A DNA stretch of 64,000 bases from the human T2T-CHM13v2.0 reference genome, Homo sapiens. The stretch is from NCBI RefSeq assembly GCF_009914755.1, contig NC_060942.1. One strand, given 5' to 3'. Positions 29,266-50,243 of this stretch are shown in pieces; the stretch's first letter is position 1, and each line of letters starts with the position of its first letter. Under the pieces are notes generated by a model. The model had not been told where the DNA came from and did no database searches. It was given only the letters and a program-made list of their open reading frames with translations. Made by a program: the position numbers and the translations under genes.

Positions 29266-29504
29266 CAGAGGTTGGCAGACATTTTTTGTAAAGGGTGAAA
29301 TAGTAAATATTTTTGGCTTTGTAGGCCACATGGTTTCTGTAGTAACCACTCAGCTCTTTCCCACTGCTGTACTCTGCACTATAGTGCAAAAACAACCATG
29401 GAAAATATGTAAATAAATGGGCCTGACTGTGTTCAATAAAACTGGTCTCATAAAAGCAGATGACACGTCAGATTTGGCCCTCAGGTGTAGTTTGCTGACA
29501 TCTG
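29266..29504. mobile_element. MER58-like hAT-Charlie DNA transposon
   Basis: Imperfect terminal inverted repeats CAGAGGTTGGCAGAC ... GTTTGCTGACATCTG; internal TGTAAAGGGTGAAATAGTAAATATTTTTGGCTTTGTAGGCCA. Confidence 0.82.
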
Positions 29505-29637
29505 TCATTCACCAAAGTGATACCTACATGAGACTTGAAAGATGATTATAATTATTAGTTGTTCACACAGATTCTAGAGCCTTAATATAATATTTCCCCC
29601 CAGGAGCTTCCAGAATTTTTTACATGGCGTTTGCTCC

Positions 29638-30066
29638 TTTTTTTTTTTTTTTTTTTTTTTTAATTAAAAAAGCTTCAGCTTTAAATTTAGCTTTCTGACT
29701 CTGGGCTTGTGCCTTCAACATTTTCACGACGACATTCTGCTCTTTGAAAGGAAAGCATGCTTGGTCCTGTCGTGGATACATTTAGCAGTCATGGAAACAC
29801 CATTGGTCGTGCTGACACTTTTTAAAATTTTAGACAACCTCACAAGAACTTGAGGTCTCACAGCATAAATCCCTTGAAGTCTGCCTGGGCACACGCCACA
29901 TGCAGACATTGGTGCTTTCCCTACCTTCTTGATATAAAGGTAAACAATACCAGGGTTTGGGACAGCCTAGTTTTGTTAGATGCTGTGTTGTAGAAAAGCC
30001 TATGATGGTGCGTCAAACACTGGATCATGCTGAGTGCCTCTAGATAGCATCCCTGGAAGAGGAAAA
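29638..30066 (-). pseudogene. RPL34 processed pseudogene
   Basis: Minus-strand translation [26 protein letters not shown]...AKCIHDR and [14 protein letters not shown] matches RPL34. ATG at 30028, 5' TOP-like TTTTCCTCTTCC, no introns, poly-A (T run 29638-29661) and indels. Confidence 0.94.
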
Positions 30067-30989
30067 ACAGTCTTTGCTTTAAAATGCATTTAATAACGAG
30101 AGCAACACCAACTTTTATTGAGCTCTTAATTCTGTACCAGGCATTTTAATCTCTTTTTGAGTATTTCCTCATTTATTTTTAGAACAATCCTAAGAAGTAG
30201 ATGGTTTTCTTGATTTTATAGACATGCTCTTAAACATTTATTTGCTAACGGAGATGAAACTGAGGTGGAACATAAGCCTTTCCCAAGGAGTATACAGTAA
30301 TGTAGTTCGTCCAGTACCCCCATCGCAGTCATGTTAGGCGGTGAAAGTGCCTTGGCAAGCCAAAGGAAGGAGAGATTACATCCCTTTTGGAGGTGCTGAA
30401 GAAAGATTAGAAACAATACAGATAGAAACAACACAAATAGAGAAGATAGAAGCAAAGATAGAAACAATACAATAACTGAACTAAACAGTTAATTTTAGAT
30501 AATTGTGTTTATGTATTATATATTTAGTCAATTAGTCCTTTATGTTTAAGAAAAAAATCTGCCTTCAAATTGAAGACAAATCCCAAACCAGATTTCTACT
30601 TAACGTTGGCTCCTACCTAGTGCACTTGTATAACCGAGCGTCAGACCCATTTATGTTTAGGCTTTGGCAAGAGGTCAGCCTTGGTAACTGACTGTTCTCC
30701 ATCCAGCAGTGTGCATAGCAAACTATTAGGAGTGTAAGCCCTACTTTGTCCACATCAGTGGTTTTGTGCTTTGTTCAAATCTAGTGGTTTGCCATAACCT
30801 GGATATTCTGCCATGGTTCCCATTATTTTTCCCATTTTTGAAATGAACAAGACACTTGATATGTAGGCTAAGATATGGAATATATTTTCATAATGAATGT
30901 TAATGAGAAAGAATATGTTGAATTGCTGTGTGTTATTTTATAATTAATTAACAAGTTTAGATGTAAGGTAGTATTAACAATCATAACAG

Positions 30990-31328
<339 letters not shown>

Positions 31329-31606
31329 AACAATCATAACAACATACAGTTGTGCCTAGATATTTCTTATTGGAATAGGAATGCATTCTTCTGAAATATT
31401 GTTTATAGCCTTTGTAAATCAAATATTAGAAAGATAGTCTTTTATGAAAATTAAATTTTTTTCCTGAACTGCTATATTAAAAAAATAATCACTAAGCAAT
31501 TTCCTTGTTACATTGCATCAATTTGATAAGAGAAGGAAATAATTGTTCATTGTATTTTAGCGAAAAGCCATTTACAAAAGAAAATGTTTTTAGAAAATTA
31601 TCATGT

Positions 31607-31794
31607 CCGGGGGTGTTGGGCAGGGGGAGAGAGAGCATTAGGACAAATAGCTAATGCCTGCAGGGCCTAAAACCTAGATGACAGGTTGATAGGTGCAGCA
31701 AACCACCATGGCACACTTGTACCTATGTAACAAACCTGCACGTTCCGCACATGTATCCCAGAGCTTAAAGTAAAATAAAAATAAAGAAATATAA
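31607..31794 (+). mobile_element. 5'-truncated L1PA 3' end with TSD
   Basis: GGTGCAGCAAACCACCATGGCACAC...GTAACAAACCTGCACGTT...; TSD AGAAAATTATCAYGT at 31592-31606 and 31795-31809. Confidence 0.9.
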
Positions 31795-32105
31795 AGAAAA
31801 TTATCACGTAAGCAAGCTTATAATTCTAGTATTAGTTGACATTTGTCAATAGTATCTCTCTCCTTTATTCTCAAGTCTTAAAATCTTGAAATATTTATTG
31901 TGTCACTTATTTCTTTAAAAAACAAATTTCACAGTTTATTCAGCTGTATTGGAAAATGTCATTGTTTTCATAATGATGGGCTCTCTATTCTGGAGGCTAC
32001 CGATGGAGAATACTCATTCTTAGGTTGATAACATTTTAAGGAGGTAGAATTGCATATTGCTATAACTTGTATAACATTTATTTCAGTGTGAAATTTAAGT
32101 CATAA

Positions 32106-32345
<240 letters not shown>

Positions 32346-33594
32346 TAAACACCTCTTCTCTTTCGTAATACACTACTGCCTTATAAAACCTAAGATGTCT
32401 GACTTGGATCCACAGTGGAACAGGTATTGTTTTCTGGTGCTCTTATTATATTATAAGAAACCTGAAGTTCTATTTTTGTGTGATTATGGAACTGTGAACA
32501 TCAGTCTTCTGAGAAACCTGCATGTATGCTATAAAGAATATTGTTGTGTTCTTGCATAAAGAAAATTTGTGCTCTATTTTTAAGATGAAATTTAGTGTGT
32601 TTTGTCAAGGGGTGGGACACCATATTACAATTTATTTTTCAGTTTACTGAAAGTATTAACCTGCTTCCATTATGCAACAGGTTTATTTGCTTCATTTAAG
32701 TATTTTATGGAATGGTAATTATTTGGGACAGAGTAACTATAGGTAAACAAAAATGTAACAGTGAAAGGGTGGAAAAATGAAAAATAAATGATTTACCCTC
32801 AACATTTTCAATAGTACAGTTGTTTCAAAGTATTTTTTCTCTTTGCATTAGATATTAGCTGAATGGTTTCTTTGATTTCTTTGTTCTCTGAACATGTTTT
32901 ATGAGCAGATGAGGAAGAGCATTAGTGTGTAGCAACTTCTGTCTGAGGCTTTTGTCTTTATCACAAATAGAACAGAATAATAAAAATCTCAGGGACAGAT
33001 TAACTAGAATAAAAGACCAAGAATCTAGAGAATAGGAAAAGTGAAATCAAAGATTTCCCTCCATGTTTGCATACTACAGATGATGGCCTTTCTTGAGTTC
33101 CTCATCTCAGATCAGTAATAACGAGGAAGTTTAGTCATAAAGAAAGGAGGCTAGATTTGTGTACGTCCTCATAAAAATCATCTGAGAGACTTTAAAATAA
33201 TTATTGCTGCCAAAGCTGACCAAAGCCCTGCTGGTTACTTTCTTGGTTCATATGGTACAGGAGCAGAGGAAGCAAGCATAAAATGTATTGATGAGCTTGC
33301 CAAAGGAAGCACGTAGAGCCTTGGAAAACCCAGAAGTCTGTGTCTGGATTGTGCTCTGGCTGAGATAAATATAATTAGAAATTAATGTGCAAACTGTTTC
33401 TTTTTGGAGTTCATAAATGGAAAAGTGTAACAGAACGTCACTACTGTATGTTGTCCAAGTGTGAGAAAAATTTTTGAAGAGGATTTTAATAATAGTTTTA
33501 TGTTTTTAATAAACAAAACAGTAATATTTTATTTTATAAATGTCATTCTGTCAAAGCAATAATAACTGAAAATCTTTTTAAATCTATATTATAG

Positions 33595-33695
33595 CAAGTG
33601 GGAATATTCCAGTATTACAAAAGGACAAGGATAATACCAATGTCAATGCAGATGTGCAAAAGTTGCAGCAACAGTTACAAGACATTAAAGAGCAG
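33595..33695 (+). CDS. MIB1: MIB1 coding exon 20, coiled coil
   Basis: atag|CA AGT...GAG CAG|gtaat; encodes (S)[33 protein letters not shown]; 101 nt. Confidence 0.96.
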
Positions 33696-33869
33696 GTAAT
33701 AATGATTTCATGTAAACAGTGATGCTGTGAATGGCACTGAATATTTTCCCGTAAAACTACTAGTGTTTCTGTAATAAGTATGGTTTATATTAGTGTATCA
33801 CTTGTATTATTTGCATATTTGCAATGAGTAATAATCTGATTAGAGGGTTTAATCAGGTACTTTCCAAAA

Positions 33870-37244
<3,375 letters not shown>

Positions 37245-38085
37245 CGGCTTTTTAAAATCTAAAAAGATGGGATTTTCTATAGCTTTGCTTCTCAAAACTT
37301 TAAGACAAAAATGTGACAGTTTGCTTTGGAGGAGTGGGGCTACCAATTTAGGCTACAATTCCTTTTACAATGATCTCTGGTATTCTCAAAGTTGGTAACA
37401 GTTGGTAACAACATGTCATATAGGCTTTAGGCCTAGTTTTTTAATGAAGACATTTCTTTTTAATTATTTCATTTCCATGTTATTTGGGAAAGCTATAAAT
37501 CAGAAGTATTATACATTAAGGCAAATATGATTTTATAAATGTAAAATGTGTTTTGTGAATAAATAGTATTTCAGACATATACCTGACATACTTTTACATT
37601 CTTTCAAGTTCATGAAATTTACATTTATTAATATGTAACTAAGGCTAATTTGTTTTAATTCAGGGGAATCTACATTGATAGTAATACAGTGCAGCACAGT
37701 GTCTAAGAGCAAGAACTTTGGGGCCCTGAGTTGGTTCACTCTAGGGCTTGCTTTGAGGAAGGTTTTCAATCCCGCTGAGCCTCGTTTTCCTCATTTTCCA
37801 AGTGGGAATGATACCAGGACTGAGATTGTATCCTATCTAAGCATAGTGCCTGACAAGTGTTCTCAGCTACTTCTCAGCACTGCTCCCCACCCTGCACCAT
37901 GTATTGCATGATACATTGCCTTCTTTTTATGCAAGAGCAGCTGAGTACCTAGATTCAGGGAATTTCAGTTAGACTGAATGGAGCTATTTTCATCCATTTC
38001 CTATTACGTTTTGGTTTATATAGGTTTTTTTGTTTGTTTGTTTTGAGACAGAGTCCTTGCTCTGTCGCCCAGGCTGGAGAGCAGT

Positions 38086-39212
<1,127 letters not shown>

Positions 39213-39492
39213 CAGCGGCGCGATCTTGGCTTACTGCAATCTCTGCTGCCCGCGTTCAAGTGATTCTCGCGCCTCAGCCTCTTGAGTAGCTGGGATTACA
39301 GGTGTGAGCCAGGGTGTCTGGCTGTGTTTTATATATTAATAGTTTTTAATCTTATGTAGTACCTTTCATACTATCCTGATAGTACAACCAGTGTTTCTAT
39401 TTTATTTTATAGGGATGACATTTTAACTATTTAAAAATGTTAAAAAATTGTTTTTAAAAACCACCAAAATATTATTTGACTAAAACAACTAA

Positions 39493-39714
<222 letters not shown>

Positions 39715-42700
39715 CTAAGACACATGGTGTATTTTGTTAGCTAATGTATCTAGTCATGAGATCTTAATAGGCTTTTGATCTAGTTGGAAGTTCTGATGAG
39801 TTAATTTCTAATATCATAGTTTCTTTACTAGAGTATAATTGGGCTGTAAATGTACCAGAACAAAAAACCCTACAAAATGGTGTTGGAAATTGTGTTTTTT
39901 GTTTTTGTTTTAAATTTGAAACATCAAATTCATGTAACTCATAGGATAATTTACCTTTGGCTTCTAAGAGGAAAGTCCTTTAAGGATATCCTTTTTTAAA
40001 AAATTGCATTTTTCTCTTATAATTTGTAAATTTGTTGGATCTCAAAAGACATAATTCTTTGTGATCAGTTATCCTTCATTTCATCGTGGTTTTACACAGT
40101 GAGTTGATAACAGGTTCTCTGAGAAGTCATGCATCAAATAAAAGAGGCAGGTCAAACAATTATGTCACATGGTAAATTATAAAATGACAGTACAAGTTCC
40201 AGATAGTTAAGGGAATACCGAAGGGATGATTCTTTTTTTAAGATAACAGGAAGTTACCCACATGTTTGTTTCTGAATTCTTAGAGTAAATGGAAGCATAG
40301 AATGAGGGAATAATGACTTTGCATTTCTCTTGTTTTCTAGATTCAAAAGGAACATTGTTTAACTTGAATCAGATTACCAGTTTCAAGGTGACTGATAGAC
40401 AAGAAAAGGAAAAATAAGCAATAATAGTGGGCAACTGAAGAGAAAAAAAAAACGAGTATCTATTAACTGGCCACTAACAGTTGCCTTTCTTACATTAATT
40501 TATACACTATTTTGTTCAGCCAGTGTTTTTAAAAAAAATCTATGAAAAGTGTACTTCCGGTTTTCTGTGATTACTTATCTGGGCTTGATCTGACCAGTGA
40601 AATGACATTGCCCTATTTGGACCTCTGAGGTTCTATTTAGCTTTGCAGATGTACATAGTATCCCAGTGATCTGCAAAATTAATGCCTTTTCCAAGAAAAA
40701 ATCTTTTCTTCTCTGTATCAGTTAATTCTGACAGTGTTAGTGATTCTGTCTTCATTATAGGCCTTATTTCCATTATCTCTTTCTTTATAGTATTTTTTGT
40801 TATAAAGAAAACAGTCTTTCTGTGTATACCTACGGATGAGGGTATTATTTAAACTGCCAACAATATCCAAGACATGGTCAATAACCTAATTATAAATACT
40901 TTAGAAAGAGTGACCAGGACATGTATAGAAATGTCTGCTTACCTGTAGACTTTAAAAACAAACAAAAAAAACAAACAAAATTTTTGGAGCATTTAATCAT
41001 TTTTTTTCTCCTTTTATCTCCTTTGTAATCTTATTGTCTCCTGAGTAAATATACACATAAATGTTTGGGGATTCATTGCTGCTAGATTATATCAGGTGTT
41101 TACATAGTGTCTACTATATGCTGTTGATAAGCTTTTTCCTAAAAATAGTTATCCTCTTTTGTAGTTTTTTTCCCTCCTTTAAATCTGGCTAGCTTTTCTT
41201 ACTTCAGTTTTTATAGAACACCAACTAAATTTGAAAGTATGAAGTCTCTAGCCCTCTTACACTGTTTCTGGCTGTTTAATCCTTGCTGCCTTTGCAAGTC
41301 CTGGTGAAAGCAATGGGGAGCTTTGCTGGCTGGTTTTGTAGTCTCAACAATTCCATGTCTGTGTTTAGCTGAGTAACTGCTATCATTTAGAACAGTAAAA
41401 TTTTTATAGATTTCAAATTTGAAAATTCATGTACACTCAGTTATCTAATAAGGGGCCACCGACGCTGTTTTTAAAACTATTTTGAAGTTATAAAAAGGTA
41501 GAACATCTGACTGATGATGTTCACATAAAGAGACAGACAGACTATCATGTTGCAGACATGAAAACAGCATGTCAGGTTTTTCCTTTCCTTCCATGCCATG
41601 GGCTACCCATCTCTTCCCACTAGATCACCTGGTGAGGAGGGAGCACCTGGCTGACTCATGCAGAGTTTGGCCAATCAGAGAATTGTGTGGTCTCCAGCTC
41701 TACTTTCCTTAAACAAATCCTTTCTGTTTTCTGAGCTGCAGTGCTAAAACAGATCCCTAAAAGGTAATAGCATCTTCCAGACTAGTTTAATTATTTCCTT
41801 TATAAGAATATGACATAAATTTTTATTATAGAAATAATGTCATTATAATTTTAGTGCTAGTACTTGTGGGTTTTCTGTATTTGTATCACCTTGAAATTTG
41901 TTCCATGAATAGAAAATACTTCTTTATTCATGTTTTCAATCACTTAGAATTATTTTAAATTTATTTTGGGTTTGTGAGAGATAATAAGATTAAGAACTTC
42001 ATCATTTCAGTGACTTTCCTCCAACTCTCTGAATCTGCTACCTCTTATTATATGTCCCTTAGCAGTACTTTTCCAGTTAGGTTCGTTACCCTCCTCATTA
42101 GCTAAACCTCTTTATCTTGTGCCTCAAAAGAGCTTTTACTTTTCTTAGAAACATTTATAAAAAAGAAAAAAACTGACACGCATTCATTCAAAAAAGTATT
42201 TATTGGGCTTTAGGGATTAGATACACAACAGTGGAAAAATGGCATCTTAGCACACTCAGAATTTATTGTGCAGCAGTTGTGTATTTTAAGGAATCTGTAG
42301 TTAAAAGGAAGAGATCCAAAGGTCCTGATAACATTTCCTAACGTTTCAGAAGAGTTGTCATTGAGTAGTGTTTGGATTTCCTCTCTGTATCCCTCACCCT
42401 ACCATTTTCTCCTTTATTCTTCTAAGATTGTTAGCGTTGTTACTCAAAACATACACATACAACATACCAGATGGTGCTGTTCTAATGGTATTTGTTCACG
42501 TAATTTAACGTTCTTACTGCTTATACTATATACATATTTAATTTTGTTGGGAGCAAGAAGGTTTTCAAGAAAAGATAATTTTGTATTAGTGTAGGAATAT
42601 ATTAGACAAATGTTTAGTTGGTCAAATTATGCATAAGATATTTGTAACTTTAAACATTGCAAATTGACCAGCTAGCTATGGAAGCATAAAATTAATTGAT

Positions 42701-43169
42701 AATTAATGTTGGAAATACATTTCTAAAATTTATATTTTTATGGTGTTAGCCTGTAAGAGCATTTTAGCATATTGAAATGCATGCTGCTTAAGATGTGTCT
42801 GGTTCAAATATCAAAACTTGCTGGGTCATTTTTACATAGTAGAAACATACTGTCTATGTGTTGCCCAATTGCTGTTTGTCCACTCTGAATTCTGGACCCT
42901 TTTTGGACTAAGAATTAGTTAAATTCATGAACTAAGAGAATTAGAGATGGGGTAGAGTAGGATCAGGACAGTGGGGTTACAACAGATAGGAAAGGAAAGT
43001 CAGCATTTGAGTGTAGAGAAAAAAAGAGGATCATACAGATGTCATCAAATTATAGGCTTTAATACAGGTTGCTTTTTTTAATCCAAAAGGAAAAGCACTT
43101 ATCCTATCAGAATGTCTACCATGTTTTATAGTAATAATTTGTGTAAAAAATTGAATTTTTGAATAGTTT

Positions 43170-43350
43170 TTTGTATTTTTTGTGATGAAAAACTCATAAC
43201 ATAAAATTTACCATATTAACTGTTTCTAAAGAATACAGTTCAGCCATGTGAAGTACATTTACACTGTTGTGAAACAGATCTCCAGAACTTTTTCATCTTG
43301 CAAAACTGAAACTCCATACCCATTAAACAACTCCCCTTTTTGTTTTCTCC
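43170..43350 (-). mobile_element. L1MB-type 3'-end fragment inside the 3' UTR
   Basis: AAAATTTACCATATTAAC...CTCCAGAACTTTTTCATCTTGCAAAACTGAAACTCCATACCCATTAAACAACTCCCC. Confidence 0.8.
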
Positions 43351-45993
43351 TCAGTGGAATAGAATTTTGACTCCATATAAATCAAGAAACACCTAAATTC
43401 TTTAGTTGTTTGTGTTTGCAAGATCTAAGGTCATGGTAAACATTAAGTTCTTAAAATTTTTGGGAGGGACAGTGCACCTCTCCTCTGAATTGTTAGCAAT
43501 TAAATTGAGTAGGTTTTAAATGTCTATTCATTGGAAGGGTTTGTTATTTCATTTTGAGCCAGAGGGGAGAGGCACATTTTAAATATCAGAATTAGATTAG
43601 CTTTGAGTTTGTACAATTGGGAACATAATAGATTTTCATAAATTATGTGTGCCTTGTTGGAAGTGTCAACTGTCTTTATGTCTGCTTGTAAAAGTTTCAA
43701 AATATGTTTTCCCTCAAAAAGGCAACGTTACTTCATTTGCTTGAATATTATGATAGGAATGCTTACTGATATTACTTGATAGTCATATATAGCCTAGGAA
43801 ATTTAACATATATATAACTATAGCAGTATTAATAATGATAGTTGTACTTCTTTAAAACATTAAATTTGAGGAAACTTTAATGCTGTCTCGTGTACATTGC
43901 TTTACTACAGTGAGGGGGAATATCCTTTAGATTGAGCCTCAATTTACTGGTTAGTAGTATGTGAAACTCTGGTATAAAAACGTAAACTAGACAGTAGAGC
44001 CGATGAATTAAAATTGTAAATTGCTACATTGGCATTTTCTACCTCCTTTTCTGTCAGAGTATTACTTTTTCCAGCATTTATTCTTATTTGTGAGTAAAGA
44101 GGAAATGGGAACCTGAGGTTAAAATTGACATTTTTGTTTCATTGAGAATTTAAGCAGTAGGTACAGGAGAAGTGACTTGTCACATTAATTTGGTGCCTAA
44201 ATCTGTAACTACAAGTTGTGATCGACATGTACAAAATGTCTAAGAAAGGTCATATGCTGAATATTTTACTTTTCCTGTATAGTCTGCATGATTTGTTTCA
44301 TAAACCCAGCTTATTTCCTCCAAAAAGCAAAATGGTCCTGTAATTTTTAAAGTAAAATAAACGTGCCATTTTGTCTGCAATCTATAATTTCAGGAAGTTA
44401 TTGAAAGTTCTGACTCAGGGCTTTTTAACAGTTCAAGCAATTGTCAGTTATATTTTGGAAACTCCATCTGTGTAATTCTCCAGTGCCTTGAAAGAATTAT
44501 TAACTTGGCAACACTATTAAAACTTTATAAAAGATGGTCTTTAGTGCACGTGTATCATTATATACACGTTTTAAAGTCATATTGCTTAGCTTGTTAATAA
44601 TGATTCTGCATGTGTGCTGGGTTTGGGTAATTCTTTAAAGGAAGTTTTCTAGATTTGCACTTGATGTTTGTTTTTTAAAAACTGATTATTTATGGCCGTG
44701 ACACTGTTACCAGAAAAGTAATTCTAATTAAGTTATTATGCAAAGTCATCTATAAGTAGCATCTGGGAAGAGGAGATCGAGGCCACAGTTTGCTATTTTA
44801 GTATGAAAGGAGGATCTGTTTGGGAAACATAGATTGTCTTCCCCTCAAATGAGGGGAAAAAAAAAGACCCTTTGTTCAAATGGATTCTGTTGTAAAAAAT
44901 TATTTTTAAAGGAAATCACAAATTGTATGTCATTCTTAATGCTAGTCTTATAGAATAAATCCATAAAATTGTTTTTATGTTCAGTATGTTTATGTCATTC
45001 TAAATGCAGCAAATTCAATGATAGCAGTTCAATTGACTCATAGCAGTGTTTTGTATTTTTTCTAATTCTTTAGCTTTCAATATTGGATTAAAGTCTTGTT
45101 TGTGAATATAGTTTCCGTATGGCAAATGATTTCTTGCTTATTAGCTTTTGTTAAAGAATGCTTAGTAAGAGCTAAGCTTTTAAAAGTAATGCAAACATTT
45201 ATCGTTAATAAAACCTATGGTGTAATATCATATAATGCTTTTCTTTGATCTTTGGAGAATTATTCTTTTATAGTAGTATACATGAATTTTGATTTTTAAA
45301 GCATTTAAAAACAAATCTCAATACATTAAAAAACCTGTTATTGTTAAAAAGGAAATTACCATGCCTTTAAGAAACAAGGATGTACATCTTCAATTCAGCA
45401 TGAGTGTCCACATCTAGAAGGCTCTCATTGCAGTTGTTTACAGTTAAGGTACCTCTATCTAAAGGGCCAAAGAAGCATTTCATATTTTAACACCTCACAT
45501 TCTTTCAGGATTAAGACATATGAAAATAGTCTGAATAGGATAAATTTGATAGGAAGTAACTTAACCAGTCTGGAAGATTCAGCTTTTTCTATAAAAAGCT
45601 TATTCCTCTTCACAACTCAGATGTAGATTTCATTTTCAAGAGGTAGATATTTTAAAGCAATGATCTATTTGGGTTTTAGTTTTATGAGTAAATCATTAAT
45701 TGTATGGTTTGGGGGTTATTTTATTTTCCATGTTAATATAAGCACTTATTTCTGAAGTTATTGAGAGGTCATCTAGCTCCAGTTCAAAAGATTATGTATA
45801 TCTGATGTTTAAGAGGAAAAACATCTGAAAAAATATCTTTTGTTTATTTGAAAAAAGCATATATATTCCAACTTTAAAATTGTGAATTTATTTTGAGTAA
45901 CCTCTAATTAACTGTATTTTTTTGTTTCTGTTGCTGTATAGTTAGAAATTTCATGGCAATATTTTTTACTAAATTGAAACTATAGGTTTTAAA

Positions 45994-45999
45994 AATAAA
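45994..45999 (+). terminator. Likely distal MIB1 poly(A) signal
   Basis: Last AATAAA before the repeat block, followed by T-rich downstream sequence. Confidence 0.6.
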
Positions 46000-46125
46000 G
46001 ACATTTTAGAAAATTTGCTTTATATTTTTCATCATTGATAGTTTTTCATTGTTCACAGAGGTTAAAATTATTTGATAGTCTTCTGGCACAACATTCCCAA
46101 ATGTATTGACAATGAAAACATTCAA

Positions 46126-48590
<2,465 letters not shown>

Positions 48591-49281
48591 TTTTACCAGA
48601 GATAAAATTAACCACAAAGAAAGGAAGAAAGGAAGAGAGGAGTTAGTTATAAAACAACCAGAAAACAAAGAACAAAATGGCAATAGTAAGTTCTTATCAA
48701 TAATAACATGGAATGCAAATGGACTAAATTTCCCAAAGAAAAGACAAACCAAACTCAAAATTTGTAGAAGGAAGGAAGTAATAAAGATCAGCACAGAAAT
48801 AAATGAAATTGGGACTAGGAAAGAAACAAAGTTGAATAAAATGAAAAGTTGTTTTTTTGAAAAGATAAAATTGACTGACTTTTAGCTAGACTAAAAAAAG
48901 AGAAGACCCAAATAATATCAGAAATGAGAAAGGTAACATAACATCTGATACCACATAAATGCAAAGGATCATTGGAGAATATTATGAATAATGATATGCC
49001 AATAAATTGGAAAACCTAGAAGAAATGGGTAAATTCCTGGACACATACACCCTACCGAGATTGAGCCACGAAGAAGTAGAAAACCTGAACAGACCAGTAA
49101 CAAGTAATGAGATTGAAACCCCAATAAAGTCTCCAATCAAAGAAAAGCCCAAGGACCTGATTGCTTCACTGGTGGATTCTACCAAACGTTCAAAAGAAGT
49201 ATTAATACCAATTAAACTCCTCCAAAAATTGAAAAGGAGGGAATACTTCCAAACAAATTCTATCAGGCTAGCATTACCTTG

Positions 49282-49634
49282 TGTATTAGTTCATTCTCAC
49301 GCTGCTATGAAGAAATACCCAAGACCGGGTAATTTATAAAGAAAAGAGGTTTAATTGACTCACAGTTCCACATGGCTGGGGAGGCCTCGGGAAACTTGCA
49401 ATCATGGCAGAAGGCACCCCTTCACAGGGTGGCAGGAGAGATAATGAATGCCGAGCAAAGGGGGAAGCCCCTTATAAAATCATCAGCTCTCATGAGAACT
49501 CACTATCATGAGAACAGCATGGCAGAAACTGCCCCCATGACTCAATTATCTCCACCTGGTTCTGCCCTTGACACATGGGGATTATTACAACTCAAGGTGA
49601 GATTTGGGTGGGGTCACAGAGCCAAACAATATCA
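49282..49634 (-). mobile_element. THE1 (ERVL-MaLR) solo LTR
   Basis: TGTATTAGTTCATTCTCACGCTGCT...GATTTGGGTGGGGTCACAGAGCCAAACAATATCA; 5-bp TSD CCTTG/CCCTG. Confidence 0.92.
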
Positions 49635-49817
49635 CCCTGATACCCAAACCAGACAAGGACACAATAAAAAAAAGAAAACTGCAGGCCATTATCCCTTATG
49701 GACATAGATGCAAAAATCCTCAACAAAATATTACAAAATACAACAACACATTAAAAAGATCATTCGCCATGGTCAAGTGGGATTCATCCCAGGGATGCAA
49801 AGATGGTTCAACATATG

Positions 49818-50243
49818 TGTCATGCCAGACCCCTACTGACTCCAAAAGAGATGGCATTGTGTCTGAGAGGCCCAGAAGAGACCTGGAGCCAGTAAACGAG
49901 ACAGGGTTTACAGAGGACTTACATACAAGGCAGTCCAGAGGTGACAGGGTGGACAGGAGCACTGCTACTGTTTGTAAAAAGCATGCAGTTTATATGGCAT
50001 TTTCACGTAGCAACACCAACCTAGCAAACTTCATTTAACCAAGAAAAGTGGCCTCGTTTCCTTGCACATCCTATGTTTCAAGGAATGGGCAGAGGGGTTC
50101 AATGTCCTTCATAAGAAGTGAATCTCCAGATTAGCCACTACTGGATTCCTTAGCATGGAACTCTGAGCACACATTCTTCTTAGACCATAGGGTCATTCTC
50201 AGGGTATGCTTAAGTTACTGCTGTCAGGTGCATCTGCCATACA
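49818..50243 (-). mobile_element. ERVL-type solo LTR (LTR47-like)
   Basis: TGT...ACA termini with a 5-bp TSD ATATG/ATACA; L1 ORF2 resumes on both sides. The minus strand begins TGTATGGCAGATGCACCTGACAGCAGTAACTTAAGCATACCCTGAGAATGACC. Confidence 0.8.

Larger units (their letters stand above)
39715..46010 (+). other. MIB1: MIB1 long 3' UTR (end approximate)
   Basis: Alu-free AT-rich ~6.3 kb after the stop. AATAAA at 40137, 44356, 44954, 45207 and 45994; repeat density rises sharply after 46126. Confidence 0.8.

Noticed and set aside
39715-46010. Feedback targeting of the MIB1 3' UTR by miR-1 or miR-133
   Set aside because: By eye I found no ACATTCC or GGACCAA in the UTR. The ACATTCC at 46091 lies past the likely distal poly(A) signal. 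A manual scan can miss sites.
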